A program made the position numbers and the translations under genes. Positions 38,939 through 49,662 of a stretch of DNA of 64,000 nt are shown here, piece after piece. The notes beneath the pieces are model-generated. The model saw nothing but the letters and a program-made list of their open reading frames with translations, did no database searches and was not told where the DNA came from. Each line of letters starts with the position of its first letter. The stretch's first letter is position 1. The stretch comes from an uncultured Lachnospiraceae bacterium (lineage in GTDB: Bacteria; Bacillota; Clostridia; Lachnospirales; Lachnospiraceae). Location: positions 108,761 to 172,760 of the forward strand of contig CAMWPB010000002.1 of NCBI GenBank assembly GCA_947176065.1, written 5' to 3'.

Positions 38939-41900
38939 ATGAGTATACTGATACAGCACAATATGCTTATGATGAATGCCGGCCGGCAGCTTAAGACAAG
39001 CACAGATAAGAAGGCGAAAACAGCGGAGAAGCTTTCATCGGGTTATCGGATCAACCGGGCGGCGGACGACGCGGCCGGTTTGTCTATATCCGAGAAAATG
39101 CGGTGGATGGTCAGAGGGCTGAACAAGGGCACGGAGAATGCGCAGGATGGCGTATCCTGGGTACAGATCGGGGACGGTTCTCTGGAGGAATCCCATGCCA
39201 TTCTGCACAGGATGACGGAGCTTGCCATTAAAGCGTCAAACGAGACAAACTCGGATATAGACCGGGCGCTGATGCAGGTGGAGTTCGACCAGTTACAGAA
39301 AGAACTGGACCGTCTTACCGACAATACTTATTTTAATGAACAGCATATTTTTCAGGAGCATGAAACCCCTTATTATCAGATCGAAGGTTCCGCACAGTGG
39401 CCGCAGGCAATGCCTCACACGGTCCGGGCCGGGGAAAATGATCTGGTGGTCACCTACAGACAGCGGGAAGCGGATCAGCCTAAAACAGTGTCTATTACGG
39501 TTCCTCTGGGGGACTATACGACCAGGGAGCTGATGGACGAGATTGATTCGGCTCTTGGGGAAGCGGGCGTTTCGAAGGAAGGGATTGTGTTTGAGTATAC
39601 ACAGCTCGGGTACTGCAATCTGAATCTGGAGGGCGGCGAGAAGATAGACGAGATTTCCGGCGGTCTTTCCTATCTTTTGTTTGATAATTATGGCGGAGGT
39701 GACCTGGGCGCGCTGATCGGTACGACTGTGTTTGAGGATGATGATACGGCTACCATTGTCGTACAGGATGGCACCAACGACTATCTCAATTTTAAGGTGA
39801 TAAGCGCAGACGACTCAGAGCCGCCGAAGGATATTGTGATTGATCTGGATTCAGGAAATTATACAAAGGAGCAGTTGATAGAGATTCTGAATAAGAAGCT
39901 GCAGGATGCGGGGACTAACGTAGTGGCGGAGAAATACGGCACCGGGATCAAGATGTCAAGCCCCGACTATATCATTTCCGAGTTCAAGGGAAACATGTTT
40001 GAGATCGACGGGGCGCTTTATACGTCGGTGTTTTACGATAATATCCAGCATGCGGATATCACTTACACGTCCGCGGAGCTGAAAGGCGGGTATGTCCTGC
40101 TGGATCCCGGTTATAATCCCGGCATCAATGGCAATGACCCTGAGAATGAAGTCTTTCATTTCGAAAAGGGTGTGAACGATCTGTTGGTGCTTGCGCCCAA
40201 TGAGGGCGAGGAGATCACCATTGATCTATCGGGTATGGACGGCAGGACTATGGTGGAAACCTGTGCCTATCTGAACCGGGTGTTTGCCGATAATGGGGTA
40301 AAGCTGACGGCGCAGGCAATCTCTTCGCCAACTACGACTACTGTGACGGATATTTACGGAAACCGGAAATACGTGCGCTATATGAGAATGGAGATCACTT
40401 CCCAGGAGGAAGGGCTGCAAAGTAAGGTGGGAATCAACAAGACAAAAAGCACCGCCTACGCCACGCTGTTCACGGCGCAAAACAAGACGGTTTATTATAA
40501 TGATGCGGCGTTTGGCGGAAATGACACGGTGGTTGACGGCAATGCCTATCTGGAGGGACTAAGGGGGTTAAACGGCGGTCTGGAGATTAAGGCCGGCGTC
40601 AACGATTCTTTCAGGATTCAGGTATCCACTGACCCGGCAGTGACGATTACACTGGGAGCGAAGAAATATGCCGATGCTGCGGAACTGGCGGCAGAGATTA
40701 AAGACAGATTAAAAGACGCGGGTTACGGCGATGATGTCGTCTCTGTGACGACTTCGGGGACGGGCCAGATCAGAATGCAGGGGGTTGATACGGATATCAG
40801 GGGTATCCGCGTCAGCGAGGTTCCTGGCAATGAGGGTTACCGGGACATTTTTCAGGGAGAAAAGATCCTGCCAAATTTTGAGTCGCAATCGGGTGCAGCG
40901 GCGTCGGTTACCCTGCCGGAGAAGGCGGTGGTGCATGCGGACGGCAGCGTGTATATTGACCCGGCCTATGGAAATTTGATGGTGCGGATGGACGGCGATT
41001 ACTGGCATCAGGTCAATGTAGGCGGAAACTGGACTTCCCTGCAGGAACTGGCGGATTATATTACGGCGCAGATGAAGCCGACGGAGCAGAATAATACCTT
41101 TAGCAGTATTTATCAATGGGGAACCTCCAGAACAACCACGGTGTCCGCACCCAGCACCACAAGGGGATATACCGTCAGCAATGCCAGTACATCCAATTAT
41201 GACAGGCAGGGAACGACTATAGTGGACGGGATTGGAGAAGGGGGTACCGGTAAGCTGAAAGAAAACAAGGGGGCGACGGTAACCGCAACAAAGGCGCTTC
41301 CCGCCACGATTGAGATCACGGAGCGGAATAAAGACTTTAGCTTTCGGTTAAACAGCGGCGCATGGATTACCATGGATTTGTCGAAAGAGCTGGGAAAGAC
41401 CACCTTCAGCAGTCCGGCGGATTTTCAGGCGGCTCTGCAGACGGCTGTCAACAATAGATTGAACAAACAGCCGGAGGAGTTTGGGGGTGTTAAGGTCAGT
41501 CTGAACAATGGAAGGCTGGAGTTTACGGCAGGCCTGAAAAAGCCGGACGGAAACGATGAGCTTGGCATAAATACCCAGTTGACGATGAATGTTACCCAGA
41601 AGGGCGGATTTATTTTTGACCTGCATGCCACGTACTATGCGGGCACTGCTGCCTTAAGCGGGAGAGAGTCGGGCTCAGTCAAGGGGGTGAATGCCAATTT
41701 TACCACCAAGGGAAGCACAACCCTGAAGGTTACGCTGGGAAAACCCGGCGCAGCGCCGGAGGATATCAATCTGACGCTGAATGGCAGCTATACCAGAGAT
41801 TCGCTTAAGACGGAATTGGAGAATCAGTTAAGTGGCAAGGCTGCTGTATCTTACGATTCGTCAGGACGTCTGGTGTTTACAACTGTCGGCAAAGGCGATG

Positions 41901-44080
41901 ACTATACCATTACGGTAGACCAGACAAGTCCGGCCATAGACTATCTGTTTGGGTATCAGCAGGATGACGGCTCCTACAGTCTGAATGATAAGCGCGCGGC
42001 GGAGGCGACCATAACCCGGACTGTGCAGAGCAATGTCAGGATTGAGGCGGGAGACGAACAGAATTTTACCATAAAAGTGGACGGGGTGGAATACACTGCA
42101 AAGCTGAGTGCAGCTACCTACAATACACCGCAGGATATTGCAGATGAAATCAAAAAACAGGTCAATGCGGCCGCCCATGCAAAAAATAATAACAATGTAG
42201 ATGTTTTAAGCGAGGTCAGTATCAAAAACGGCGGGCTTTATTTTAAGACGGCATCGAAAGAGGGGACGAATTCCCGGATTGAATTGTCTTACAATGCGAA
42301 TTCTTCCATGAAAAAGATTTTTGGAACTTCGCCTGTGGCGGGTGTGGAAGCCTCTTTTGACCCCGACGGACAGCTCACGCTTACGAGGGTACAGGGGCAG
42401 GCAGTCGGGGCGGGGAGCATCTATGTGACCTCGAATCTGGTGAACAGCAGCGGACAGTCTGTTTCTTACCGGGGCGGTTCTTTCATCTATCCCGACAGGG
42501 AATGGATAGACCCCGCACCCTATGACGGATATCATTCTGTGATGCACTCCTATTTGGACGGCGTGGATCTTACTTTTAATGAAGATGGTAACATAGATAT
42601 CAATGAGTGGAATAATTATCTTTCTTTCTACTATACGGAGCGGTACGGTGAAGACTTTAATATACCGCAGCAGATTCAGGTAACGCTTTCCCCGAAGGAG
42701 GGCGGATATTCCATGGATGAGCTGAAAAATGCACTGCAGACCTCCATTGACCTGCAGACAAATAACCGGCGCAGACTCGAGGTAACGGTAGATGAAAAGG
42801 GCGTTCGGATTGAGGCGGTGAATGCCGGGATGAGGTACAGGATTTATACCAAGGGCGATGCAGCGGCTTATCGCCCTACGGGCAGTTTTTACGAAAAGGT
42901 ACTCTGTTCCGGTAAAAGCATAAAACAGCCCGTGCCGGTTGCCAGCGACAAGGATGGGCAGCAGCTGGGGGACGAAGTGTTTGCGGTGGGCAGGCAGGAT
43001 GTGAAAAACAGGACGGTCAGGATTCAGAAGGACGGCAATGACACTTTGAGTCTGGAATTTACGGTGCCGGACCGCACGGATCCCCTGAAACTGGAGATGG
43101 TGCTCGATCCCGGTTACTATGATGGCAGCGCTCTGGTAAAACAGATTCAGGAAAAGCTTGATGAGGCTTTGGAAAAGGCGGGACTGCCCAGAGGATTGAT
43201 TGAGGCGGGCATTGGGATTGTGCAGACGAATATATATGGAGCGATCGATGACAGGGCGCTGGCCTTTAAGCTTTCAAACACTGTAGCGGCACCCGCAAGA
43301 GGACGCTACGGTATCGAAGCGATTGGAGGAACGGCGGCTTTCAGCGTATTTTATCAGACCGAGGGAGATATTGCACGTGCTTATATCAAGGGCGGCAAGG
43401 ATATTTCCCGGGGAGTGGAGATCAAGGAGGGCGCGACGGACTTTTCGGTGGATGTGGACGGCGTTACCTACAAAGTGGATTTGATGCCGGGACGCTATAG
43501 CGCCGTAGAGCTGGCAGCGCACATCGATGATTTGCTGAAAGCGCAGAACTGCCCGCTGCATGCGGCCGAGGATGGGGGTGTCCTGAAACTGATGCACACG
43601 AAATATGGCAAGCACACGATTACCAATCTGACGGGAGCCGTGAAAAACCAGCTGTTTTTCACGGAAAAGGGAGAGAAACAGGGAGGCGGGCCGGTTACGC
43701 TGCGGTTGAGCAGTGTTTCCGGCGACCGTGTCGGGATCGACAAACCATGGATGGGTACAGTTTCCCTGGGGATCAATACGATACTGATTTCAAAAACAAA
43801 GTATGCCCAGAAAGCGATTGGACGCCTCAAGGAGGCGGTGACGAAGGTGTCGGACGTGCGTTCCTATTTTGGCTCTACGCAGAACCGTCTGGAGAGCACC
43901 ATCCGTAATAATGAGAATAAGGCGGAGAACACGGCGGCGGCGGAATCCAGAATCCGGGACGCAGATGTTTCAAAAGAGGTTGTGGAAAACACCATTCACA
44001 ATATTCTGGAGCAGGCGGGAACGTCGGTGATGTCGCAGGCGAAGCAGAACGCCCGGCTTGCGCTGCAGCTGCTGACATAG
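38939..44080 (+). CDS. Giant flagellin (1713 aa)
   Basis: Flagellin N-terminus EKLSSGYRINRAADDAAGLSISEKMR and C-terminus QNRLE...AESRIRDAD...ILEQAG.SVMSQA, with a ~1440-aa repetitive insert between. Confidence 0.93.
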   Translation: MSILIQHNMLMMNAGRQLKTSTDKKAKTAEKLSSGYRINRAADDAAGLSISEKMRWMVRGLNKGTENAQDGVSWVQIGDGSLEESHAILHRMTELAIKASNETNSDIDRALMQVEFDQLQKELDRLTDNTYFNEQHIFQEHETPYYQIEGSAQWPQAMPHTVRAGENDLVVTYRQREADQPKTVSITVPLGDYTTRELMDEIDSALGEAGVSKEGIVFEYTQLGYCNLNLEGGEKIDEISGGLSYLLFDNYGGGDLGALIGTTVFEDDDTATIVVQDGTNDYLNFKVISADDSEPPKDIVIDLDSGNYTKEQLIEILNKKLQDAGTNVVAEKYGTGIKMSSPDYIISEFKGNMFEIDGALYTSVFYDNIQHADITYTSAELKGGYVLLDPGYNPGINGNDPENEVFHFEKGVNDLLVLAPNEGEEITIDLSGMDGRTMVETCAYLNRVFADNGVKLTAQAISSPTTTTVTDIYGNRKYVRYMRMEITSQEEGLQSKVGINKTKSTAYATLFTAQNKTVYYNDAAFGGNDTVVDGNAYLEGLRGLNGGLEIKAGVNDSFRIQVSTDPAVTITLGAKKYADAAELAAEIKDRLKDAGYGDDVVSVTTSGTGQIRMQGVDTDIRGIRVSEVPGNEGYRDIFQGEKILPNFESQSGAAASVTLPEKAVVHADGSVYIDPAYGNLMVRMDGDYWHQVNVGGNWTSLQELADYITAQMKPTEQNNTFSSIYQWGTSRTTTVSAPSTTRGYTVSNASTSNYDRQGTTIVDGIGEGGTGKLKENKGATVTATKALPATIEITERNKDFSFRLNSGAWITMDLSKELGKTTFSSPADFQAALQTAVNNRLNKQPEEFGGVKVSLNNGRLEFTAGLKKPDGNDELGINTQLTMNVTQKGGFIFDLHATYYAGTAALSGRESGSVKGVNANFTTKGSTTLKVTLGKPGAAPEDINLTLNGSYTRDSLKTELENQLSGKAAVSYDSSGRLVFTTVGKGDDYTITVDQTSPAIDYLFGYQQDDGSYSLNDKRAAEATITRTVQSNVRIEAGDEQNFTIKVDGVEYTAKLSAATYNTPQDIADEIKKQVNAAAHAKNNNNVDVLSEVSIKNGGLYFKTASKEGTNSRIELSYNANSSMKKIFGTSPVAGVEASFDPDGQLTLTRVQGQAVGAGSIYVTSNLVNSSGQSVSYRGGSFIYPDREWIDPAPYDGYHSVMHSYLDGVDLTFNEDGNIDINEWNNYLSFYYTERYGEDFNIPQQIQVTLSPKEGGYSMDELKNALQTSIDLQTNNRRRLEVTVDEKGVRIEAVNAGMRYRIYTKGDAAAYRPTGSFYEKVLCSGKSIKQPVPVASDKDGQQLGDEVFAVGRQDVKNRTVRIQKDGNDTLSLEFTVPDRTDPLKLEMVLDPGYYDGSALVKQIQEKLDEALEKAGLPRGLIEAGIGIVQTNIYGAIDDRALAFKLSNTVAAPARGRYGIEAIGGTAAFSVFYQTEGDIARAYIKGGKDISRGVEIKEGATDFSVDVDGVTYKVDLMPGRYSAVELAAHIDDLLKAQNCPLHAAEDGGVLKLMHTKYGKHTITNLTGAVKNQLFFTEKGEKQGGGPVTLRLSSVSGDRVGIDKPWMGTVSLGINTILISKTKYAQKAIGRLKEAVTKVSDVRSYFGSTQNRLESTIRNNENKAENTAAAESRIRDADVSKEVVENTIHNILEQAGTSVMSQAKQNARLALQLLT

Positions 44081-44119
44081 ACCGGCCTACTGCAGCATAG
44101 ATTGCTATGGGGTGAAAAT

Positions 44120-44824
44120 ATGGTGACAGCATTACTACTGTCCGGCGGGACAGGGACGAGAATGGGCGTGGAAACGCCGAAACAGTACATAAAAGTAAAT
44201 GGCAGGCTGATCATTGACTACTGTCTGTATACACTTCTCACACACGAAAGCATTGACGCTGTGCAGATTGTGGCGGACAAGATGTGGCGGGAGGCGGTTC
44301 GGGAGTGCGTGAGGGAAAACGAAAGTAAGTTCCGCGGCTTTTCCGCGCCGGGGGAAAACCGGCAGCTTTCCATATTGAACGGTTTGGAGGACATCAGGAA
44401 CTATGCAAAAGATGCGGATTGTGTACTGATTCACGACGCGGCAAGGCCTCTGGTATCGGCAAAACAGATATCGGATTGTCTGGAGGCAGTGCGGGCAGGA
44501 CATGACGGCGCCCTTCCGGTGCTGCCCATGAAGGATACCGTATATTACAGTGAGGATGGCAAGGTGGTTACGTCCCTTCTGGAGCGCAGCCGCATATTTG
44601 CGGGACAGGCGCCGGAAGCGTTTCTTCTGGGGAAATACGTGGAGGTGAACAGGGCTCTTCTGCCGGAGCGGATTCTTAAGATTAACGGTTCCACAGAACC
44701 CGCTGTAATGGCGGGGATGGATATTGCCCTGATACCCGGAGACGAGGGCAATTTCAAAATCACGACGAAGGCGGATCTGGAGCGGTTTCGGGAGATTGTC
44801 TGTTCGGCTGGTACAAAGGCGTAG
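44120..44824 (+). CDS. IspD/TarI-family cytidylyltransferase (module 2)
   Basis: LSGGTGTRM...PKQY, IHDAARP, GQAPEAF, NFKITTKAD. Confidence 0.9.
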   Translation: MVTALLLSGGTGTRMGVETPKQYIKVNGRLIIDYCLYTLLTHESIDAVQIVADKMWREAVRECVRENESKFRGFSAPGENRQLSILNGLEDIRNYAKDADCVLIHDAARPLVSAKQISDCLEAVRAGHDGALPVLPMKDTVYYSEDGKVVTSLLERSRIFAGQAPEAFLLGKYVEVNRALLPERILKINGSTEPAVMAGMDIALIPGDEGNFKITTKADLERFREIVCSAGTKA

Positions 44825-44876
44825 GAGAGCCGTTATTGTACGTTGATTTTTGGATGAGAAAGGTAGGACAATCAGT

Positions 44877-45926
44877 ATGAAGGCATGGGTGCTGCATGGC
44901 GTAAGGGATTTAAGATTCGAGGATATAAACTCTCCTATTGTGGGAGAGAATGAAGTTCTGCTTGCTGTAAAGGCAGCAGGAATCTGCGGTTCCGACATTC
45001 CAAGGATTTTTTATACGGGGACCTATTCGTTTCCGCTCATACCGGGGCATGAGTTTGCCGGACAGGTGGCGGCTGTGGGAGCGGGCGCTGACCCGAAATG
45101 GCAGGGGCAGCGTGTGGGTGTATTTCCGTTGATTCCCTGCGGGGAATGTCTGCCATGCCAGAAAGAGCAGTATGAGATGTGCAGGCATTACAGCTATCTT
45201 GGCTCCCGCAGGGATGGGGCATTCGCGGAGTATGTGGCGGTTCCCGAAGAAAACCTGATTGCCCTGCCGGAGGGGGTAAGCTTTGAGGAGGCGGCCATGC
45301 TGGAGCCCATGTCGGTGGCGGTTCATGCCATGAGAAAGACTGCGCCCGCTGCCGGGGAGTGCATAGTGATCTGCGGACTGGGGACGATCGGGCTTTTTCT
45401 GCTTATGTTTTTGCTGGAGGCGGGACATCGGAATATATATGTCATCGGAAATAAGGAATTTCAAAGGCAGATGGCGGTTAAACTCGGCCTGCCGGAAACC
45501 TCGTTTTGCGACAGCAGGACGCAGGATGCGGAAAAGTGGCTGCTTGAGCGGACAGATGGAAAAGGAGCGGATGTGTTTTTTGAATGTGTCGGGAGAAATG
45601 AGACGGTGGTGCAGGCGGTCGGTCTGACCGGACCCGGCGGACGGATTATGCTGGTTGGCAATCCGGCTTCTGACATGTCTCTGCCGAAAGCGGTGTACTG
45701 GAAAATCCTGCGCAACCAGCTGACCCTGTTCGGCACATGGAATTCCTCCTTTACCCACTCGCCGGAGGATGACTGGCATTATGTGCTGGACAGGCTGGAA
45801 AAGGGGCGGATTGCGCCCGCACAGACGATTACCCACAGAATACCGCTGGAGGAGATGGACCGGGGGCTTGCGGTGATGCGGGATAAGAGGGAAGAGTATG
45901 GGAAAGTGATGTGTGTAACAGACTAG
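44877..45926 (+). CDS. Zn-dependent polyol-phosphate dehydrogenase (galactitol-1-P 5-dehydrogenase/TarJ-like)
   Basis: GICGSD, GHEFAG, CxxCxxC...C structural Zn site, GLGTIG. Confidence 0.88.
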   Translation: MKAWVLHGVRDLRFEDINSPIVGENEVLLAVKAAGICGSDIPRIFYTGTYSFPLIPGHEFAGQVAAVGAGADPKWQGQRVGVFPLIPCGECLPCQKEQYEMCRHYSYLGSRRDGAFAEYVAVPEENLIALPEGVSFEEAAMLEPMSVAVHAMRKTAPAAGECIVICGLGTIGLFLLMFLLEAGHRNIYVIGNKEFQRQMAVKLGLPETSFCDSRTQDAEKWLLERTDGKGADVFFECVGRNETVVQAVGLTGPGGRIMLVGNPASDMSLPKAVYWKILRNQLTLFGTWNSSFTHSPEDDWHYVLDRLEKGRIAPAQTITHRIPLEEMDRGLAVMRDKREEYGKVMCVTD

Positions 45927-45967
45927 AGATACAATGATAAATGCACGAAAGCGAAAGGGGAATTATC

Positions 45968-47434
45968 ATGGAATGGGAAAAACTTTTATCAAATGAAACA
46001 CTGGTGCGGAGAGAGACACAGTCCTCTTATTTTGCGAAATATCCCATAGGGGATTTGGAGAAAGATTATAAGGCGATTATTTCCAGCGCAGCATTTCGGA
46101 GGCTGCAGGATAAAACACAGGTGTTTCCGCTGGATAAAAGCGATTTTGTCAGAACCAGACTGACGCATTCTCTGGAAGTATCGACGATTGCCAGACAGTT
46201 GGGCATTATGGTGACAAAAAAGAAAGAAGAACAAAGAGATAGCTCTCTTACCAGAGAAATGAAAGACGAGAAAATTGCGAATAAGATTCCAAGTGCGCTG
46301 TCCTGTGCGGGACTGCTGCATGATATAGGGAATCCGCCGTTTGGCCACTTTGGAGAAGTGGTCATAGGTGAGTGGTATGAAAAAGAGTTTAAGAAGAGTG
46401 CATTTCAGTATAAGGGCAGGGAAATTTCCCAATTGTTAAGCGACAGAATGAAAAAAGATCTGTGTAATTTTGAAGGAAATGCGCAGGCGCTGCGGATTTT
46501 ATCAAGAATCAGGAATAAGGCGGTGAGCCATGAAATCAATCTGACGAGCGGCGTGATCAGCGCGTTGATTAAGTATCCTACCGATTCTGTTAGTGTGGGG
46601 AGTCACGGGGATTCGGATATCAGGAAACATAAACTGGGATATTATCTTGCGGAGGAAAAAAGCTTTAAGGAAATCAGCCAGGAAACGGGCACATGGCTGG
46701 CGGAAGGAAATGTGGCGAGACATCCTCTGGCTTTTTTGATGGAAGCGGCAGATGATATTGCATACTCTACAGCGGATTTGGAGGATGCCTATAAGAAAAA
46801 ATTATTCACCATGGAAGAATTTACTGCCTTTTTTAGGAGTAGGCTGGACGGGATAGTGGATGCGCGCATGATGGACAAATCCCAGAAATTATTAGATGAT
46901 TTGGAGAGCAGAATTGTAAAGGACGGGAAGACTGCAGAGGGAAAATTGATTGCGTTTCAAAATTGGATGGATTTCGCCCGGAGTTGGTTTATGTACTGTG
47001 CTGCATACAGTTTTTATGAGAACTATGAGCAGATTATGAATGGGACGTTCAACAGAGAGCTGCTGGAGGGCACATTTCATGAGCAGTCAATGAAAATATT
47101 GAAAGATGCCATGAAAGAGTATGTCTATGGTGATGCGGAAATTGTTAAGCTGGAGCTGGCGGCCAAAAAGATTATTTTCTCACTTTTGGATGACTTTGCC
47201 CATGCGGTGATTTATTGGGAGGCGGAGGAGAAGGGAAAGTATGAATTGTCCAAAGCGGACAGAAAACTTTGCGGATTGATTCCTGACAATTTTAAGGAGG
47301 ACTATAAAAACGCAAGAACCGGGGACGAAGGTTATAATCTTTATCTTCGATTTATGATGGTTAACGATTTCATAAGCGGGATGACGGATTCCTATGCAAA
47401 GAACTTATATCAGGAATTAAATGCTTATAAGTGA
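45968..47434 (+). CDS. dgt: dGTP triphosphohydrolase (HD family)
   Basis: FRRLQDKTQVFP, RTRLTHSLEV, HDIGNPPFGH.GE, FEGNAQ, EAADDIAY, DFISGMTD. Confidence 0.92.
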   Translation: MEWEKLLSNETLVRRETQSSYFAKYPIGDLEKDYKAIISSAAFRRLQDKTQVFPLDKSDFVRTRLTHSLEVSTIARQLGIMVTKKKEEQRDSSLTREMKDEKIANKIPSALSCAGLLHDIGNPPFGHFGEVVIGEWYEKEFKKSAFQYKGREISQLLSDRMKKDLCNFEGNAQALRILSRIRNKAVSHEINLTSGVISALIKYPTDSVSVGSHGDSDIRKHKLGYYLAEEKSFKEISQETGTWLAEGNVARHPLAFLMEAADDIAYSTADLEDAYKKKLFTMEEFTAFFRSRLDGIVDARMMDKSQKLLDDLESRIVKDGKTAEGKLIAFQNWMDFARSWFMYCAAYSFYENYEQIMNGTFNRELLEGTFHEQSMKILKDAMKEYVYGDAEIVKLELAAKKIIFSLLDDFAHAVIYWEAEEKGKYELSKADRKLCGLIPDNFKEDYKNARTGDEGYNLYLRFMMVNDFISGMTDSYAKNLYQELNAYK

Positions 47435-47561
47435 ATATTGCCAATCTATTGCTTGAATCTTTTTCTGTTTTGTTATATGATATGTCTATATTTTCATGGG
47501 ACAGGCGGTAACGTCTCTCCAAACGGCAGATGGCTTTTACTTTAATGATGGAGGTTACTGT

Positions 47562-48062
47562 ATGAGTGAAACATATGTGGAATATATGATAGCGAGAAAG
47601 CCGTCCGTGCTGATGCGTTTTTTGAAGATGCTGCTGATTATGCTGACGGTGGTCTTCGCGCTGATCGGATTTCTGACACCTTTTGTGGTGGGTATGCTGA
47701 TTGCGATTGTGCTGGGCGGGTGCGCCTATTTTGCGCATATGAATGCGGAGATTGAGTACGAGTACCTGTATCTGGACAAGGAGCTGAGTGTTGACAAGGT
47801 TCTGGCGAAAAGCCGCAGAAAGAAGGCAGGCAGCTATTCTCTGGAGCAGATGGAGATTTTTGCGCCCCTTAATTCCCACAGACTGGATTCCTATAAGAAC
47901 CGTCAGATGAAGACGGTTGATTACAGCTCTGGCGCTGCCGCGCAGCCGGAGCGGCGCTATATGATGATTTGGAACGGTGATACAAAGATTATTCTTGAGC
48001 CGAACGCGGAGATGGTTAAGGCCATCCAGAGCATTGCGCCCCGTAAGGTTTTTACAGATTAG
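47562..48062 (+). CDS. Conserved small membrane protein (DUF6106-like)
   Basis: Two hydrophobic helices, then EYEYLY...L.VDKV.AKS.RK; GGAGG RBS before ATG 47562. Confidence 0.75.
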   Translation: MSETYVEYMIARKPSVLMRFLKMLLIMLTVVFALIGFLTPFVVGMLIAIVLGGCAYFAHMNAEIEYEYLYLDKELSVDKVLAKSRRKKAGSYSLEQMEIFAPLNSHRLDSYKNRQMKTVDYSSGAAAQPERRYMMIWNGDTKIILEPNAEMVKAIQSIAPRKVFTD

Positions 48063-48081
48063 CATAATAAAGTGGTTGGTG

Positions 48082-48115
48082 GAATACTGTCAGTTGAAGG
48101 GCTGGCAGTATTCTT
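48082..48115 (+). terminator. Probable terminator hairpin after 47562..48062
   Basis: GAATACTGTCAG / CTGGCAGTATTC, a 12-bp stem with one G-U pair and a short T tail. Confidence 0.5.
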
Positions 48116-48171
48116 AATATATATAACAGCCTCGCAGGCGCGGACTTGTGAGTCCTGATAACTAACGGTAA

Positions 48172-49653
<1,482 letters not shown>

Positions 49654-49662
49654 TGTTATCAG

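Noticed and set aside
38939-44080. Flagellinolysin (protease-bearing flagellin)
   Set aside because: No HExxH zinc motif is seen in the insert.
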